NCBI RefSeq assembly: GCF_006345805.1
Contig: NC_042997.1
Location: forward strand, 36,394,001 to 36,458,000
Source: Octopus sinensis
Taxonomy: Eukaryota
DNA: 64,000 nucleotides
Direction: 5' to 3'
Program-made: the position numbers and the translations under genes
Notes under the pieces: model-generated
Databases searched by the model: none
Seen by the model: only the letters and a program-made list of their open reading frames with translations
What the model was told of the DNA's origin: nothing
Shown here: piece after piece, positions 1-13,712 of the stretch
Numbering within the stretch: position 1 is the stretch's first letter
How the letters are laid out: the number at the start of each line of letters is the position of its first letter

Positions 1-329
1 AACATAGCTACACGGTATGCAGAGAGACGTCAAACAATGACAAAAAAAAAAAGAAAACAAGTATATACATAAGAAAACGAATCGTTGTAAAGAAAACAAG
101 AAGAACAACAACAATAACAACACTCAAAGAAAACTAAATGTTTTGTAATAACATCAATAGCAAGAATTTAGAAATTTTTTTTTCGGGGAATAATTATATT
201 AAAATCATTTCTAGTAACCTTAGGGATATTAACGATAGTAAGAAAATATGTAAATGAATGAGACGAGATAAAAATAAATCATGAATATCAAATAATACAT
301 TATAGTGAGGCGCACACCCACATACACAC

Positions 330-786
330 ATACACACAAACACACGCACGCACACGCGCACAAACATATACACGCACACGCGCACAAACATATACACGCA
401 CAGTATATATACATACATTCATACATGAATACATGCATACAGTCATATATACATTCATATATGTACACGCACGCATATATATACATATAGATAATCACAC
501 AAGAGTATCATTACATCTTTACATACATATATATATATTCAGACATACACACACGGGCACACACACACATATATACATTTTATGTATATCTGTATAAATC
601 TAATTATACATAAAATATATATCATATATACATATGGTGGTGCCCCAGCATGGCCACAGTCTTCGGGCTGAAACATATAAAGGATTTATATTCAAATCTA
701 CATATGTGCCTATTCATAGACATGCTCGGATAAACATGCACGCACACACATACACATACACACACACACACACAACGCACAAAGAT

Positions 787-819
<33 letters not shown>

Positions 820-869
820 AACATAAATACATACATACGCACTTAGGTATATATATATATACATATATA

Positions 870-920
<51 letters not shown>

Positions 921-1194
921 GTGTGTGTGTGTATGTGTGCGTGTACGTATATAAACACACACGCACGAACATGCATGCATGCATGTAAGATACATTTACA
1001 CACACCTGCAAGTACATGCACACCCTAGCATTGACCAAAAGAACATGAGGATGACATAAAGGGACAAATATCAATTCATATAACCTTTTATTAATTTTTT
1101 GCACCCTTTACTGTAAGTCCGTAAGTTCTTTACATATACACATACATACGTATTTGTATGTATGGATGTTTATATATATATATATATATTATAT

Positions 1195-1228
<34 letters not shown>

Positions 1229-1355
1229 CATGTACGTATGTATGTTTGTATGTATATATGTACGCATGTATTACAGCTTTAGTGATTGTCACCCTTCATT
1301 TTTGACGGACCCTTATAGAGATTCATGCTTTCAGCCAGCCAGCCATCCGTACATA

Positions 1356-1420
<65 letters not shown>

Positions 1421-1579
1421 CTATCTGTCTGTCTATCTATCTATACATCTATGTATCTGTCCGTCTATCTGTCTATATATCTATGTATCTGTCTGTCTAT
1501 CTGTCTATCTATCTATGTATCTGTCTGTCAATCTATCTATCTATCTGTCTGTCAATCTATCTATCTATCTATCTGTCTG

Positions 1580-1627
<48 letters not shown>

Positions 1628-2079
1628 CATATCTATCTTTCTCTCTATCTATATGTTTGTCTTTCTGTATGTATGTCTCTTTGTTTGCCTCTGTGCGTCT
1701 GTATGTCTGTCACTCTGTCTATATATATGTATGCGTGTATGTACATACATGACATATATATATTCGTGTGCATGTCTATATAATAAGATTGTTTCCGTTG
1801 TGTGTTCTAGTCTTTGTCTCATGAATAACGTTTAAAGCATAGTGTAAGACAACGACTATAAACAAGGACGATTAGGAACAATATGTGTGGCGAAATGTTT
1901 CTTTTATCGAGATACTCGCTCAAACACACGGATACACCATGAAACGCAAACGTAGAAAACCCACGAATGTAGAAAGAGAGACACTCTGACACGTACCAGC
2001 CACGTATGCAGAAACCCACACACCAACACACATACACATAAACAAACATATACATATATATATAGCATATATATATTTT

Positions 2080-2113
<34 letters not shown>

Positions 2114-2175
2114 CATACGTACATAAATATATAACTGTATATGTATGCGGTTGTGTGTGGACATGCATATATGTG

Positions 2176-2241
<66 letters not shown>

Positions 2242-2337
2242 CACACACACACACAGATATATATATATATATTGATATACACAAATATAGAGTTAGAAAT
2301 ATGTATAGGGGTATATATATGTGTGTACATTCTATAT

Positions 2338-2381
<44 letters not shown>

Positions 2382-2469
2382 TGTGTGTATGGAAGTAAAT
2401 GTACACACATACATATATACACTCTCACGCGTACACACATATATATATATATTATATATATATATATAT

Positions 2470-2519
<50 letters not shown>

Positions 2520-2640
2520 TATATATGTATATATATATATATACATATATAATATATATATGTATATATATAGAAATCCATATATACATATACATATCAT
2601 ATATACTCATGTATATATAGATATATTTATGCATATATAT
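330..2640. repeat. Compound microsatellite field: (CA)n/(TA)n/(TCTA)n
   Basis: Runs of TA, CA and TACA; (TCTA/TCTG)n at about 1355-1650. Explains the YI/VC/LSIY ORFs. Confidence 0.95.
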
Positions 2641-3159
2641 GAACTATTTTTATTCTTTATTTTATGATTTTTGTCTTTATATTTTACGTATTGTTTGGTG
2701 ATGTTTTCTTTTAAGTTAAAGGAAAAGATGGATATATATACAGATGTAAAGTTTACCTGATTGTTGATTCGTAAATCCGAGAGCGAAAACAAATAAACTA
2801 TTTAATTGAGTGACCCTGTACTATCCAAGAGATTTTTCTGTTTTGGCAGGAGGACTGGCAGAGAAAAATATCAGGCTGTGTCGCTTATTGGTGCTGTGCC
2901 TTCCAGCACGACAGATTTACCATTTCGGTATAGCTGTCTGGATAGCTAACCGGAGACTTTTGCTAGAACAGTTTTACTGTTATAGCAGCACCACCAACAT
3001 CAGCGGCGGCAAACGCGGCAGCAGCGGCACCAGCATTAATACAGCAGCAACAACTTTAGTAGAGGTTGCAGCCACAGCAGCAATCAGTAGCAGTAGCAGC
3101 AGCAGCAGCAGCAACACGAGCAGCAGCAAGTTGCAGCAGTACTTACAGCGACAGTGATA

Positions 3160-6100
3160 GTTTTGGTGGCGGTGAGAGATTGTATGAATGAATCAATCAA
3201 TGATTGATAGAATGATGGTATGATGGAATGATGGAATAATAGTATAGAGGAATGATAGTACGTGTGATGAAGTAGTGCTGGGGGTACTCACAGTATAATG
3301 GTTGTGGTGGTGGTGGAGGTGGCGGTGGTGAAGGTGGTATTATACCTATTAGTGTAGTGATGTCGGCGGTGCTGGAAACGCCCGTGGTACATGTGTTCGA
3401 ACGGAGGAGTCGCTGTTCAATTGCAGATGCCCCGCGTTGGTGGTAGTGGTGTTGGTGGTGATGTCGGTGGTGGTGGTGATGGTAGTGTTGGTGGTGGTGG
3501 TGGTGATGGTGATGGTAGTGTTGGTGTTGGTGGTGTTGCTGGTGGTGGTGGTGGTGGTGGTTATGGTGGTGTTGGTGTTGGTGGTGTTGCTGGTGGTGGT
3601 GATGGTGATGGTAGTGTTTGTGTTGGTGGTGTTAGTGGTGGTGGTGGTGTGATGGTAGTGTTGGTGTTGGTGGTGTTGGTGGTAGTGGTGGCGATGGTGA
3701 GTGTTGATGGCAGTGGTGGTGCCGGTGGTAATGATGGTGATGATGGTGGTGGTGATGTTGGTGGTAGTGGTGTTGGTGGTGATAGTGGTGACGATGGCGG
3801 TAGTGGTGCCGGTGGTAATGATGGTGATGATGGAGGTGTTGGTGGTGGTGGTGGTTATGGTAGTGTTGGTGGTGGTGGTGGTGATAGTCATGATAGTGGC
3901 TGTGGTGGATATGTTGGTGGTGCCGGTGGTGATGATGGTGGTAGTGGTGCCGGTGGTGATGATGGTGGTGTTGGTGTTGGTGGTGATGTCGGTGGTGGTG
4001 GTGATGGTAGGGTTGGTGGTGGTGGTGGTGATAGTCATGATAGTGGCTGTGGTGGAGATGTTGGTGGTGGTGGTGGTGGTGAAAGTGGTGATGATGGCGG
4101 TAATGGTGCCGGTGGTAATAATGGTGATGATGGTGGTGTTGATGTTTGTGGTGGTGATGGTAGTGTTGGTGGTGGTGATAGTCGTGGTAGTGGCTGTGTT
4201 GGAGATGTTGGTGAGGGTGGTAGTGCTGGTGCTGATGATGATGGCATCGACGGGTTTTGCTGGTGGTTGTGCTGGAAATGGTATTTAGTGGTGAAATTAA
4301 CGGTGGTGCTGTTTGTGTTTGAGTTGGTGGTATCGGTTAAAAATAAAGGTTACGGTGTGGTGTTAGTTATGTTTATGATGATCGTGGTTGATTAGAAAAT
4401 GGTACGGTTGATCGTGTTTCATGACGAGAGCGCTGGTAATTGATGATGTGCTGAAGCAGGGGTGGTGGTGCTGGTGGTATGGTGCTCGTAGTGCACATAG
4501 TGAAAATAGTGTATATTACAATAATACAGGTCGTCATGGTAGTGGTGGTGGTCATATTGGTGGTGGTGGTCATATGGATGGTGGTGGTGGTGGGGATTAC
4601 ATAGTTGATGGTGGTAGTGGTGGTGATGGTCATATTGGTTGTAGTGGTGGTGGTGGTAGTCGTGATTGTTATATTGGTGGTGGTGGTCATATGGATGGTG
4701 GTGATGGTGGGGATTGCATAGTTGATGCTGGTAGTGATGGTGATGGCTATATTGGTTGTAGTGGTGGTGGTGGTAGTCGTGATTGTTATATTGGTGTTGG
4801 TTGGTTATATTGGTGATGTGTGTAGTGATGATGTTGGTGGTAGCGGTGGTAGTAATTGTGTTGGTGGTTGTATTAGTGGTGAAGGTGGTGGTTATACTTC
4901 TGGTAGTGGTGCTGGTGGTGATGGTTATATCGGTGATGGTGGTGGTCGTCGTCGTAGCGGTGGTGGTGGCGGTAGCGGTGGTGGCAGTGGTGATGGTGGT
5001 AGTGGTAGCGGTGGTGGTGGTGTCAGCTGGCAGACATATTGCGATTGTACAATGGTCGTTGTTGTTGCCCTTGTGTACGTTTCAATCCCTAGGTCAGCCT
5101 TCATGGAGTATAATTGGGATGAAACATCAACGTTAACCATATATTTGTTATTCAGATATAGTGTATCTAGGACTGCATTACCTTGGTATTGAAATATTTG
5201 AGGAAAAGTTGGCTACTATTTCTGGCAGGACAATTAGCTGCATAGAAAGCTTATTGCTGGTTCAGGTGGTGGCGTTGTTGTTAAGAGATGTTTACTGTTG
5301 CTGTAATGTTCTGTACAGTTGAATGCAGTATTTGTTTGTAGTGATAGTGGTGGGAATCGTGATGGTGATTGTGGTGTTGTGTTTGTGGGCCTGATGGTTG
5401 TGAGGCAGGTGGATGTGGGGCTGATGGTTGTGGGGTTGATGGTTGTGGGGCTGATGATTGTGAGACTGGTGGTTGTGGGACTGAAGCTAGTGGGACTGAG
5501 GATTGGGGCCTGGAGGTTGTGGAGTCGCTGGTTGTGGGGCATATAGCTGTTGGGCTAATGGTTGTGGGGCTGATGGTTGTGGGGTTTGTGTTTATGCGAT
5601 TGGTGTTTGTGGGGCAAATGGTTGCGAGGCTTTGACGTTTCTGGTGTTCGTATTTGTGGGGCAGATTGTTATGGGGATGATGGCTGTCGGGCCGATTATT
5701 ATGGGGCTGATTGTTTGGAGGTTGATTTTTGTGGGATTCATTGCTGTGGGCGGATTATTGTAGGGCTGATGGTTGTGGTTGCTATTAGTTGTCGGTATTT
5801 GTACAGCTAGTGTTTGGGGGGCTTAGGGTTGTGGGACTGTTGCTTGAGGGGTTGATGGTTGTGGAACTGATGGTTGTGGGGCTGATATTTGTGCTTGTTG
5901 TGGTGTATTTCTGATGGTGGTTGTGGTGATGATCTGTGATGGTTGTGGGGCTGGATAATGTTGGTCTGGTGGCTGTGGGGCTGATAGTTGTGAAGTTGAT
6001 GGTTGTGCTTGTGGTGATAATCTTGTTGGTGATGGTTGAGGTGTTGGTGGTAAGAGTGTTCTTGGTTGAAGTAGTTAGTGCTGGTTGTGGTTGTTGCAGA

Positions 6101-7200
6101 GATGATTACACCTGTGGTCGTCTTGGCAGTGATTGTGTTCATGGATTGTAGGTTTGTTAGTGGTGGAAATGGTAGTTGTGGTAGGGATGATTGTTCTGGA
6201 GGTGGAAACAACGAACTTGCCGGTGACTGTATTGTTCAAATTTCACGTGATGCAGTGTTGATTGGGATATCTCTGGAGAACAACGGTGAGCGCTTTGCTG
6301 TTGGAATGGATGTACTGATGCTTACAATGTTGATATAAACAAAGTTGCAGTTGTTGTTCTTATTGTTACTATAGTTTGTTGTGATGGTTGTAGTGCCTTA
6401 TACAGGACAACACGATGATGATCATTGTAGAGGTAATGGTGTATAAACAGTGGTAATGAAAGCATTTGTGGATACTCTGATGTTTTAGTGATTCTGGAAT
6501 TATGATGACTGCATTCGCCTATTGTGTGACTTCGTGATAATGCTGGGAACGATCCTGGGTCTGATAGTTCATCTTATGTTGATGAATATGTTTATAGTTG
6601 TACTTGTGATGGTTGTAGCGTAGATTTGATTTCCTGACAGTTCTCACTGTGGTGACGATAGTGTTATTCTTAATGTTATCAAACGTGGTGAACTAGCAGA
6701 ATCGTTAGCACGTCCGGCGAAATGCTTTGCAGATTTCCTTACGAGTCTTTGCATCGTCGATGTTAACTTTGTATTTAATCCTTTTAGGGTCGATAAAATG
6801 AAATACCATTCTAGTACTGGAGTCGATAGAATCAACTAAACGCCACCGCTCACTAAAATTACTGGCCTTATGAAAAAATTTGAAACCATACTTAATACCT
6901 TCGGTGGCGGTACGAATAGGGATAGTTGTGCTAAATATAATGGTATTGGTTGTACTGGCTGTGGTGACAGTAGAACTTGTGCTTGTGGAAAAGAGTTATC
7001 AGAGATGATGGGATGTGGGAGATGATTTCGGTAGGGAAGTTTATAATACTCATCATATTGATAGTAGTGATGAAGGTAGTTTTGACTAAAGCAGGATTTG
7101 CATGGTTCGTTGATAGGGCGACAGAGGCTATTGTATTTTTATAGCTGATGTTTTATAGTTGAGGTTGTAGTGATGGTTATAATGATAGAAGTAGTAAAGT
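3160..7200. repeat. Degenerate GGT/GAT/GTT triplet low-complexity block with higher-order repeats
   Basis: GATAGTC(A/G)TG(A/G)TAGTGGC recurs at 3883, 4030 and 4177 (147-bp period). ATATTGG-anchored unit recurs at 4554, 4671 and 4788 (117-bp period). A degenerate 15-mer GATGGTTGTGGGGCT fills about 5390-6010. Confidence 0.85.
6685..6846 (+). mobile_element. tRNA-derived SINE, family A (degenerate)
   Basis: Matches the head GAGCTGGCAGAATCGTTAGCACG..CGAAATGCTT and the GGGTCGATAAA core of the copies at 36351 and 61936. Confidence 0.7.
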
Positions 7201-7479
7201 TCTCCTGGCAATTGAAGTGGTGTATGTGAGTGTGTTGGTGAATGGGTGCATATGCGTGTGAGTGTGTGAGTATGTTTGTGTGTGTTTGTGATTTGTGTAT
7301 GAGATAGAAATACTTTGCATTAGTGAGGGATGGTGCCCACTTACCGGAGTGGTTTTGAGTAAGGATAATAATTTAGAATATGAAGAAATATGGGAAAGAA
7401 CGGCGTGGTGAGGGTGACTTGAAGAATGCGAGAAAAGAGGATTAACAGGTGGAAGGGGACTTAAAAAACTAAGAGCTTG

Positions 7480-7871
7480 TAGAAATAGTAGTATTAGCAG
7501 CAGAAGCACCAGCAACAGTAGTAGTGGTAGTAGTAGCAGTATTAGCAACAGCAGCAGCAACAGTAGTAGTAGTAGTAGTAGTAGTAGTTGTAGTAGCAAC
7601 AACAGTAGTAGTAGTAGTTGGAACAACAGCAGCAGCAGTAGTAGTAATAGTAGTAGTAGTGGTAGTAGTAGTAGTAGCTGTAGTAGTAAAAGCAACAGTA
7701 TTATTATCATTATTATTATTAGCAGCAGCAGCAGCAGTAGTAGTAGTAGAAGTTGTAGTAGCAACAACACCAGTAGTATTAATAGTAGTAGTAGTAGTTG
7801 TAGTAGTAGTAGTAAAAGCAACAGTATTATTATTATCATTATTATTATTAGCAGCAGCAGCAGCAGTAGTA

Positions 7872-7941
<70 letters not shown>

Positions 7942-7970
7942 CAGCAGTAGTTGTAGTGGCAGTAGTAGTA
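7480..7970. repeat. (GTA)n/(GCA)n microsatellite with an internal 126-bp duplication
   Basis: AAAAGCAACAGTATTATTATCATTATTATTATTAGCAGCAGC occurs at 7688 and 7814. Confidence 0.9.
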
Positions 7971-8199
7971 AACAAGGCCATAAAAGTACAAAAAGATGAA
8001 TGACGATGGTGACGACAATGACAGAGAAATAAGAATGAAAACAAAATGCATGGAGAATACACAATAGTATTTGAGAAAGAAAAAAAAGAAAAAGAGGTGG
8101 TGAAAAAGAATAGTATGTAGTAAAATTAGGAATAGTAAAACAAAAAGAACAGAATATCATTTCAACAGGAAGAAATAAGGGGGAACAAGTATATTGCAA

Positions 8200-10340
8200 A
8201 AGAAAAAAATAAATAAAATTTAAAAGGGAAAATGAAGTAAGGGAAAGGGAAATGGTGAATTAAGAAGAGGAAACAAACAGTGAGCGGTGAAGACAACAGG
8301 AAAAGTATAAGAAGAAGTGAAAAGAAATTGAAGAAAATGAAATGAAATGAAAAACAGAAATTCGATTAGGCAGAAGGAAGAAGCCAAATATTATGTTGAG
8401 AATGGAGAATGAGGAAGGGGGAAGAGGCGGTGAAGAAGAAGATGAAGAAGGAGGAGGAGGAGGAGAAGCTGAAGAAGAAGAAGAAGAAGAAGAAAATAAG
8501 AATGAGGGAGGGATGAAGAAGGAGAAGGAGAAGAAGGAGAAGAAGAAGAAGAAAAATAAGAATGAGGGAGGGATGAAGGAGAAGAGGAAGAAGGAGAAGA
8601 TGAAGAAGAAGAAGCAGAATGAGGGAGGGATGAAGAAGGAAAAAGAGCAAGAAGAAGAAGGAGGAGAAGTAGAAGAAAAAGAACAACAACAACAAGAATG
8701 AGGGAGAGATGAAGAAGGAGGAGGGGGAGGAGAAGGAGAAGAAGAAAAAAGGAGGTGAAGAAGAATGAGAAGAAGAAATAGGGAGGGATGAATATTAGGA
8801 GATTTAATAGAAGGAGAGAAGAAGAAAAATGAGTTGAAGAAGAAGGACAAGAAGAATGGAGGAGAGATGAAGAAGGAGGAGATGATTGAGTAGGAGAAGA
8901 TAAGAATAAAAAGGAGGTGAAGAAGAAGGACAAGAAGAATGGCGAGAGATGAAGGAGGATGGGGAGGGGAGGGTAATAGAAAAAAGGAGGTTAAGAAGAG
9001 GACAAAGAATGGGGAGAGATGAAGAGGAGAAAGAAGAATAATATTAATAAGAATGAGGGTAGGGAGAAGAAGAGAGGAGGGGGAAGAGAAAGAGGCAGCG
9101 GAAAAAGGATTTGATAAGGAAGGACAAGAAGAATGAGAGACATGAAGAAAGTAGGATGGGAGGATGCCATGAGAATAAGAAAAAGGAGAAGAAAGAAGGA
9201 TGCGAAGAAAAAGAAATTAGAAAAAAAATAAAGAAAACAAAGACAAAGAAGAAAACAAAAATGCAGAGAAGACTAAATGTGGAGGGGGAGGTGAAGACGA
9301 AAAAGGAGAAGACGAAGAAGAAAAAGAAGAAAAAGAAGAAGGAAAAGAGAAGAAGAAGAAGAAGAAGAAGAAAAAGAAGAAGAAGAAGACAAATGGGTGG
9401 AGGAGAAGAAAGAGGAGAAGGAGGAAGAAGAAAAGAAGAAATTAAAGAAAAAGAGACAAAGATGACGGGGAGGGGAATGAAAATGAGAAAAAGGAAGAAA
9501 AGAAAAACAAGGAAGAATAGCAGAAAAGAAAAAGGATAAGAGAGGGTTAAGAAGTAGAAGCAAAGAAGAAGACGAGAAAGAAGAAGCAGAAGAAGACGAA
9601 GAAGAAGAAGAAGAGAAGGAGGAGGAAGAACAGAAGAAGAACGGGAAGAAGAAAAAGAAAAAGAAGAGAAAGAAGAGAAGAAAACAAAAAGGAGAAAGAC
9701 GAGAAGAAGAGAAAGAAGACAAGAAGATGGAGAAGAAGGGGAAGAAGAGAGTGGTGAAGGAGAAAGGAATGGAGGAGGAAGGTAGTAGTAGGAGTAGGTA
9801 GAATGAAATACGGAGAAAGGAAAAGAGGAAAGAGATAAGGGAGGGGATGAAGAGATAAAGAGAGAAGAAAAAGAAGAAAATAAGAAAGGTGAGAAATAGA
9901 AGTAGAGAAAGAGTAGACGGAAGGATAAGAAGAGGAAAAATGAACGTAGGAAGAATAGTAGTAGTAGTTGTAGTAGTAATAGTAGGAGAAGAATTAGAAG
10001 AAGAAGGAGAAGAAGAAGAAAAAGAAGAAGAAGAAGAAGAAGAAGAAGAAGAAGACGTAAAAGAAAAAGAACAACAAGAAGAAGAAAAGAAGTAAAAGAA
10101 GGGTGAGATGGAGGAGCAGGAGAGGAGAGAAGAAGAAGAAAAGAAGAAGGAAAATAAAAATAAAAATGTAGAAGTAAAAGTAGAAGAGGAAAAAGAAGAA
10201 AGAGAAGGAGGAGAAGAAGAAAGAGAAGAAGAGGAAGAAAAAGAAGAAGAAAAAGAAGAAGAAAAAGAATAATAATAATAATAAGAGGAAGAAGAAGAAC
10301 AACAACAACAACAAAAAAAAGAAGGGAATAAGAAGAAAAA
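8200..10340 (+). repeat. 2.1-kb polypurine (GAA/GGA) tract with a minisatellite
   Basis: Almost pure A/G on the plus strand. The unit AAGAATGAGGGAGGGATGAAG(A/G)AGGAG repeats about every 60-80 bp at 8500-9020. Confidence 0.9.
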
Positions 10341-10569
10341 CTATGAGAGACGATATAATTGTAAGATAATATCATTTCTAGCACGGGCACATGTCCTAAA
10401 GTTTGGGATATTAGTTGATTCATGGCATAATCCCCAATGCTTGATTTTATTTTATTCTCCCTGATGCGATGTAGTAGAAATTTGTCATGACCATGATTTG
10501 AACTCAGAATCTGAGGCACTGGAACAAACTTCGTAAAATACATTTTGTCTGACGTTCTAAAATTCTTGT

Positions 10570-11032
10570 AACGAATCTATGTCCCTCACATTGGCAGAAG
10601 CCTAAGTAGTTGGTGATTAGTAAAGTACCTGATTGGTACCTTATTTTAATCACAAAGGATGGATAAAATGTAAAGTTGATCTCGGCGGGATTTGAACTCA
10701 GAATGCGTGGGGGTGGAATTAATTCCACAAAGCATTCTGTCCAACACTCTAACAGTAATAATAATTCTTTGTAATTGAAGCCCAAAGATCCATCACGGAA
10801 GACGGATAATCGATAACATCTTTCTTACTATTAACGCAAAACCTGGAATATTGTGGAAGAGCCCTAGGCAATTATATCGACTCCGGTGTTTGACTTGTTC
10901 TTAATTTTATCGACCCCTAAAGGATTAAAGTTATAGTCAAACTCGGTGGATTTATAACTCAGCACGTAAAGATGGACGAAATGCTGCTAAACATTTTCCC
11001 TGGCGTGTTAATGATTCTCCCATCACACCGCC
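10570..11032 (-). mobile_element. Two degenerate family A SINE copies (about 10570-10755 and 10842-11032)
   Basis: Reverse complements of the GAGTTCAAATCCCGCCGAG and GGGGTCGATAAAATTAAG motifs. Confidence 0.6.
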
Positions 11033-11882
11033 TTGGTATATAGTTGACATCATCGAGCTCAGAGTAAGACTGGTACTTTATCACATCGTCTTCGAGCGAA
11101 TAAAATGTGAAATTGCTCTTCGTAGGTTTGGCGCTAAGATGGGTAAGACCTCGAGCACAAAATCCTGCTCCCTAATTTTTCTTCTAACCCGAGGTTAATG
11201 ATTAAAAAATGTGGAAGAATATGAAGCAGAATGGAAAGAATCGTCATAAGTGAAGTGACAACAGCCGTTTGTCATTTAAATTGGGTATATTTAGAAGAAT
11301 ATGAAATAAAGTTCATGATGATTATGGACGTTATTTTGCTGATGTTTATGGCGACGATAAAAATGGCTGCCCTAACGGCGACGAGATGATGAAGATGATA
11401 ATGGAGGTGGTGGTGGCCATAGTGGTCATGATCTTGGTGATCATGATGGTGGTCGTGGTGGTGTGGTGATGATGGCATTTAGGTGTGGCGTTCGTGATGA
11501 ATTTAATGTTTTATGTGGGTTCACCGGAATTTGACATTTTCTCACGTTACACTTTATTGCTGTCGTCTTCGATCTTATTGGATTTACTGTGGTCATCGTT
11601 GTCACTTGTCCTCCTCCCCTGTTTTTGTTTTCCGTCTTATTCTCTTTCACGTAGTTTATATATATACAAAGATTACTGTAAATTTGGTGTGTGACATTAA
11701 AATTTCGGAGCAAACGCGTGATCCGGCTTCTTTTTTTAATGTCAATCAGCACAATTCTAAACTTAAGATAAGTGAGCAGTCAAAGACGTAAGCGTGCATA
11801 GCAAAATACTTCGAGGCATTTCTTCCAGCCTCATATTCCGAATTCAAATTTAGCCGGGTTCGATTTCACATTTCAGATTCAG

Positions 11883-12090
11883 CCCCACCACTCCTGCTCG
11901 TGATCAGAGATGCATATATCGTCAGTCACTAAGGAATATCCTCAGGTGGTCAAACAATTGGCAGGCAAGTCTGCGCTATAGGGCAGACTATTGGCTGTAG
12001 CCCATGATTTACACATGTCAAAACATGTTGCCTCTTCCAATCTGTTGATATCAGAATATGAAATGAACTGTCTGGTACTGCGTCAGGGCA
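11883..12090. mobile_element. Partial copy of the ATT-flanked ~530-bp repeat family
   Basis: CTGCTCGTGATCAGAGATGCA..GTCACTAAGG..GCTGTAGCCCAT..CTGGTACTGC is shared with 20243-20768 and 31243-31789; ends in (ATT)n. Confidence 0.7.
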
Positions 12091-12127
12091 ATTATTATTA
12101 TCATATTTGTTAATATGTTTGAGGTTA

Positions 12128-12493
12128 TTATTATGTTTTTTCCTTCTTTCTACAAATTTTCTTCCGTTTCTCGCCGAGTGTTTTCCATACAACTAGGGCA
12201 GAGAAGGGCATTGCATGCATTCCCAGATTACACGCGTAAATTCACAGATAAAATGTATTTAAAAATTAATAAATAAATAAATTCATGAATGGATATTATT
12301 TTCACAACGATAGTGCTCTTCTCAGTACATGAGCCGTTCCCGTTAATGCGATTTTTGCACTTCCTATAGGGATGGTAAGCCTGGAATCATTTTCAAATAG
12401 GTTTCAGTACCTTTTTTTATCATTCCTAGAGATCCTACAATCACTGGTGCTGTAGTCGCCTTGAGATGCCACATTTTTTTCAATTTCTATTAG

Positions 12494-12495
<2 letters not shown>
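12128..12495 (-). mobile_element. R4/Dong-type non-LTR retrotransposon, 3' end (5'-truncated)
   Basis: Minus translation LIEIEKMWHLKATTAPVIVGSLGMIKKGTETYLKMIPGLPSL*EVQK, then after a frameshift IALTGTAHVLRRALSL*. This is the typical C-terminus after the restriction-like endonuclease. A 3' UTR and ATA tail follow; (ATT)n lies on both sides. Confidence 0.8.
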
Positions 12496-12555
<60 letters not shown>

Positions 12556-13477
12556 TATTATTATTATTATTATTATTATTGCTGTTGTTTTTGCTAGTGC
12601 GACCTTGAAGTTAGCATAGTAACCCTACCATATTTCTCGATGTTTTACAAGTGTAAATGAAATTGGTAGTTTTCATTTCAGATTTCACTTTACACAGATA
12701 CGTTATCAAGCGTTTCGGATGGTCTAACTCGACTACATAACAAGGTCGAATTTGTTTTGTTCTTCGCCGTTTATAACATCATCTAATGCTAACGTAAAAA
12801 TGGCATTATCATTCATTCGATCTTCCATTTAGAAGAATTCCAGAAAACAAATCAAAGCAGTAACAAACAGAATGAAATCAAGTAGCAAAAATTGTTTAAA
12901 AATCTCACAAAAAAATGTGTAAAATAAAGACAATATTAACACTTTTACAGTAATGTACTACCTAATAAACAACATATGTATTTGTGAACAAAGTGAGTTG
13001 GAGCAACAGCTAATTACTTACAGTAGATGATTTACACTTACATTCTATATGACATAAAAGGGCAATAATTATAGTTCAAATTTCAGACAGACTTTATAAA
13101 GCACCTGATTTCAGCGATTCAGACAACCTAGCCCTTTATTTGCTCCAATTTAAAACAAGAACTCGCGTGTTTTGAATTTTCAACTTTGAGTATCCGGTAT
13201 TAATGCACTCATGTATGCCTTAATTATTGCGTTGTCATATTTGTTACAATTATTTTCCAGAAATCATTTTCTGTCTCATCGATTTTTAATTCGTCCAGTT
13301 ATGTATTATGCGTTTCACCCATCTATACCCCTTAGTATACTTTCCCAAACTCAATACACGTCTTTACAATACAGGCGCTATGTTAAAGGTATTCATATAC
13401 TCTTGTTTATCTCTTCCTGACATTATATCTATAAAGGAAATAAAACAAACTAAAAGCAAAACTAAATATATAAAGAT

Positions 13478-13518
13478 ATCATCATCATGATCACCATCAT
13501 CATGATCACCATCATCAA

Positions 13519-13559
<41 letters not shown>

Positions 13560-13596
13560 CCACCACCATCACCACCATCATCGTCATCATCACCAC

Positions 13597-13695
<99 letters not shown>

Positions 13696-13712
13696 TATCA
13701 TCATCTCCATCA
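13478..13712. repeat. (CAT)n microsatellite
   Basis: Near-perfect CAT run; source of the poly-D/M/I ORFs. Confidence 0.97.

Noticed and set aside
194-2667. Many 60-225 aa ORFs rich in Y/I, V/C, H/T or LSIY
   Set aside because: Translations of TA, CA and TCTA microsatellites; the same applies to similar ORFs throughout the window.
2810-3157. 115-aa ORF with a possible splice acceptor (TTTTTCTGTTTTGGCAG near 2849)
   Set aside because: No recognisable domain, no convincing donor site or partner exon, and it runs into an AGC repeat.
7177-10543. Long ORFs of 340 and 499 aa (poly-L/F/S; K/E-rich on the plus strand)
   Set aside because: Stop-free only because of GTA and GAA/GGA low complexity; several overlapping frames are equally open.
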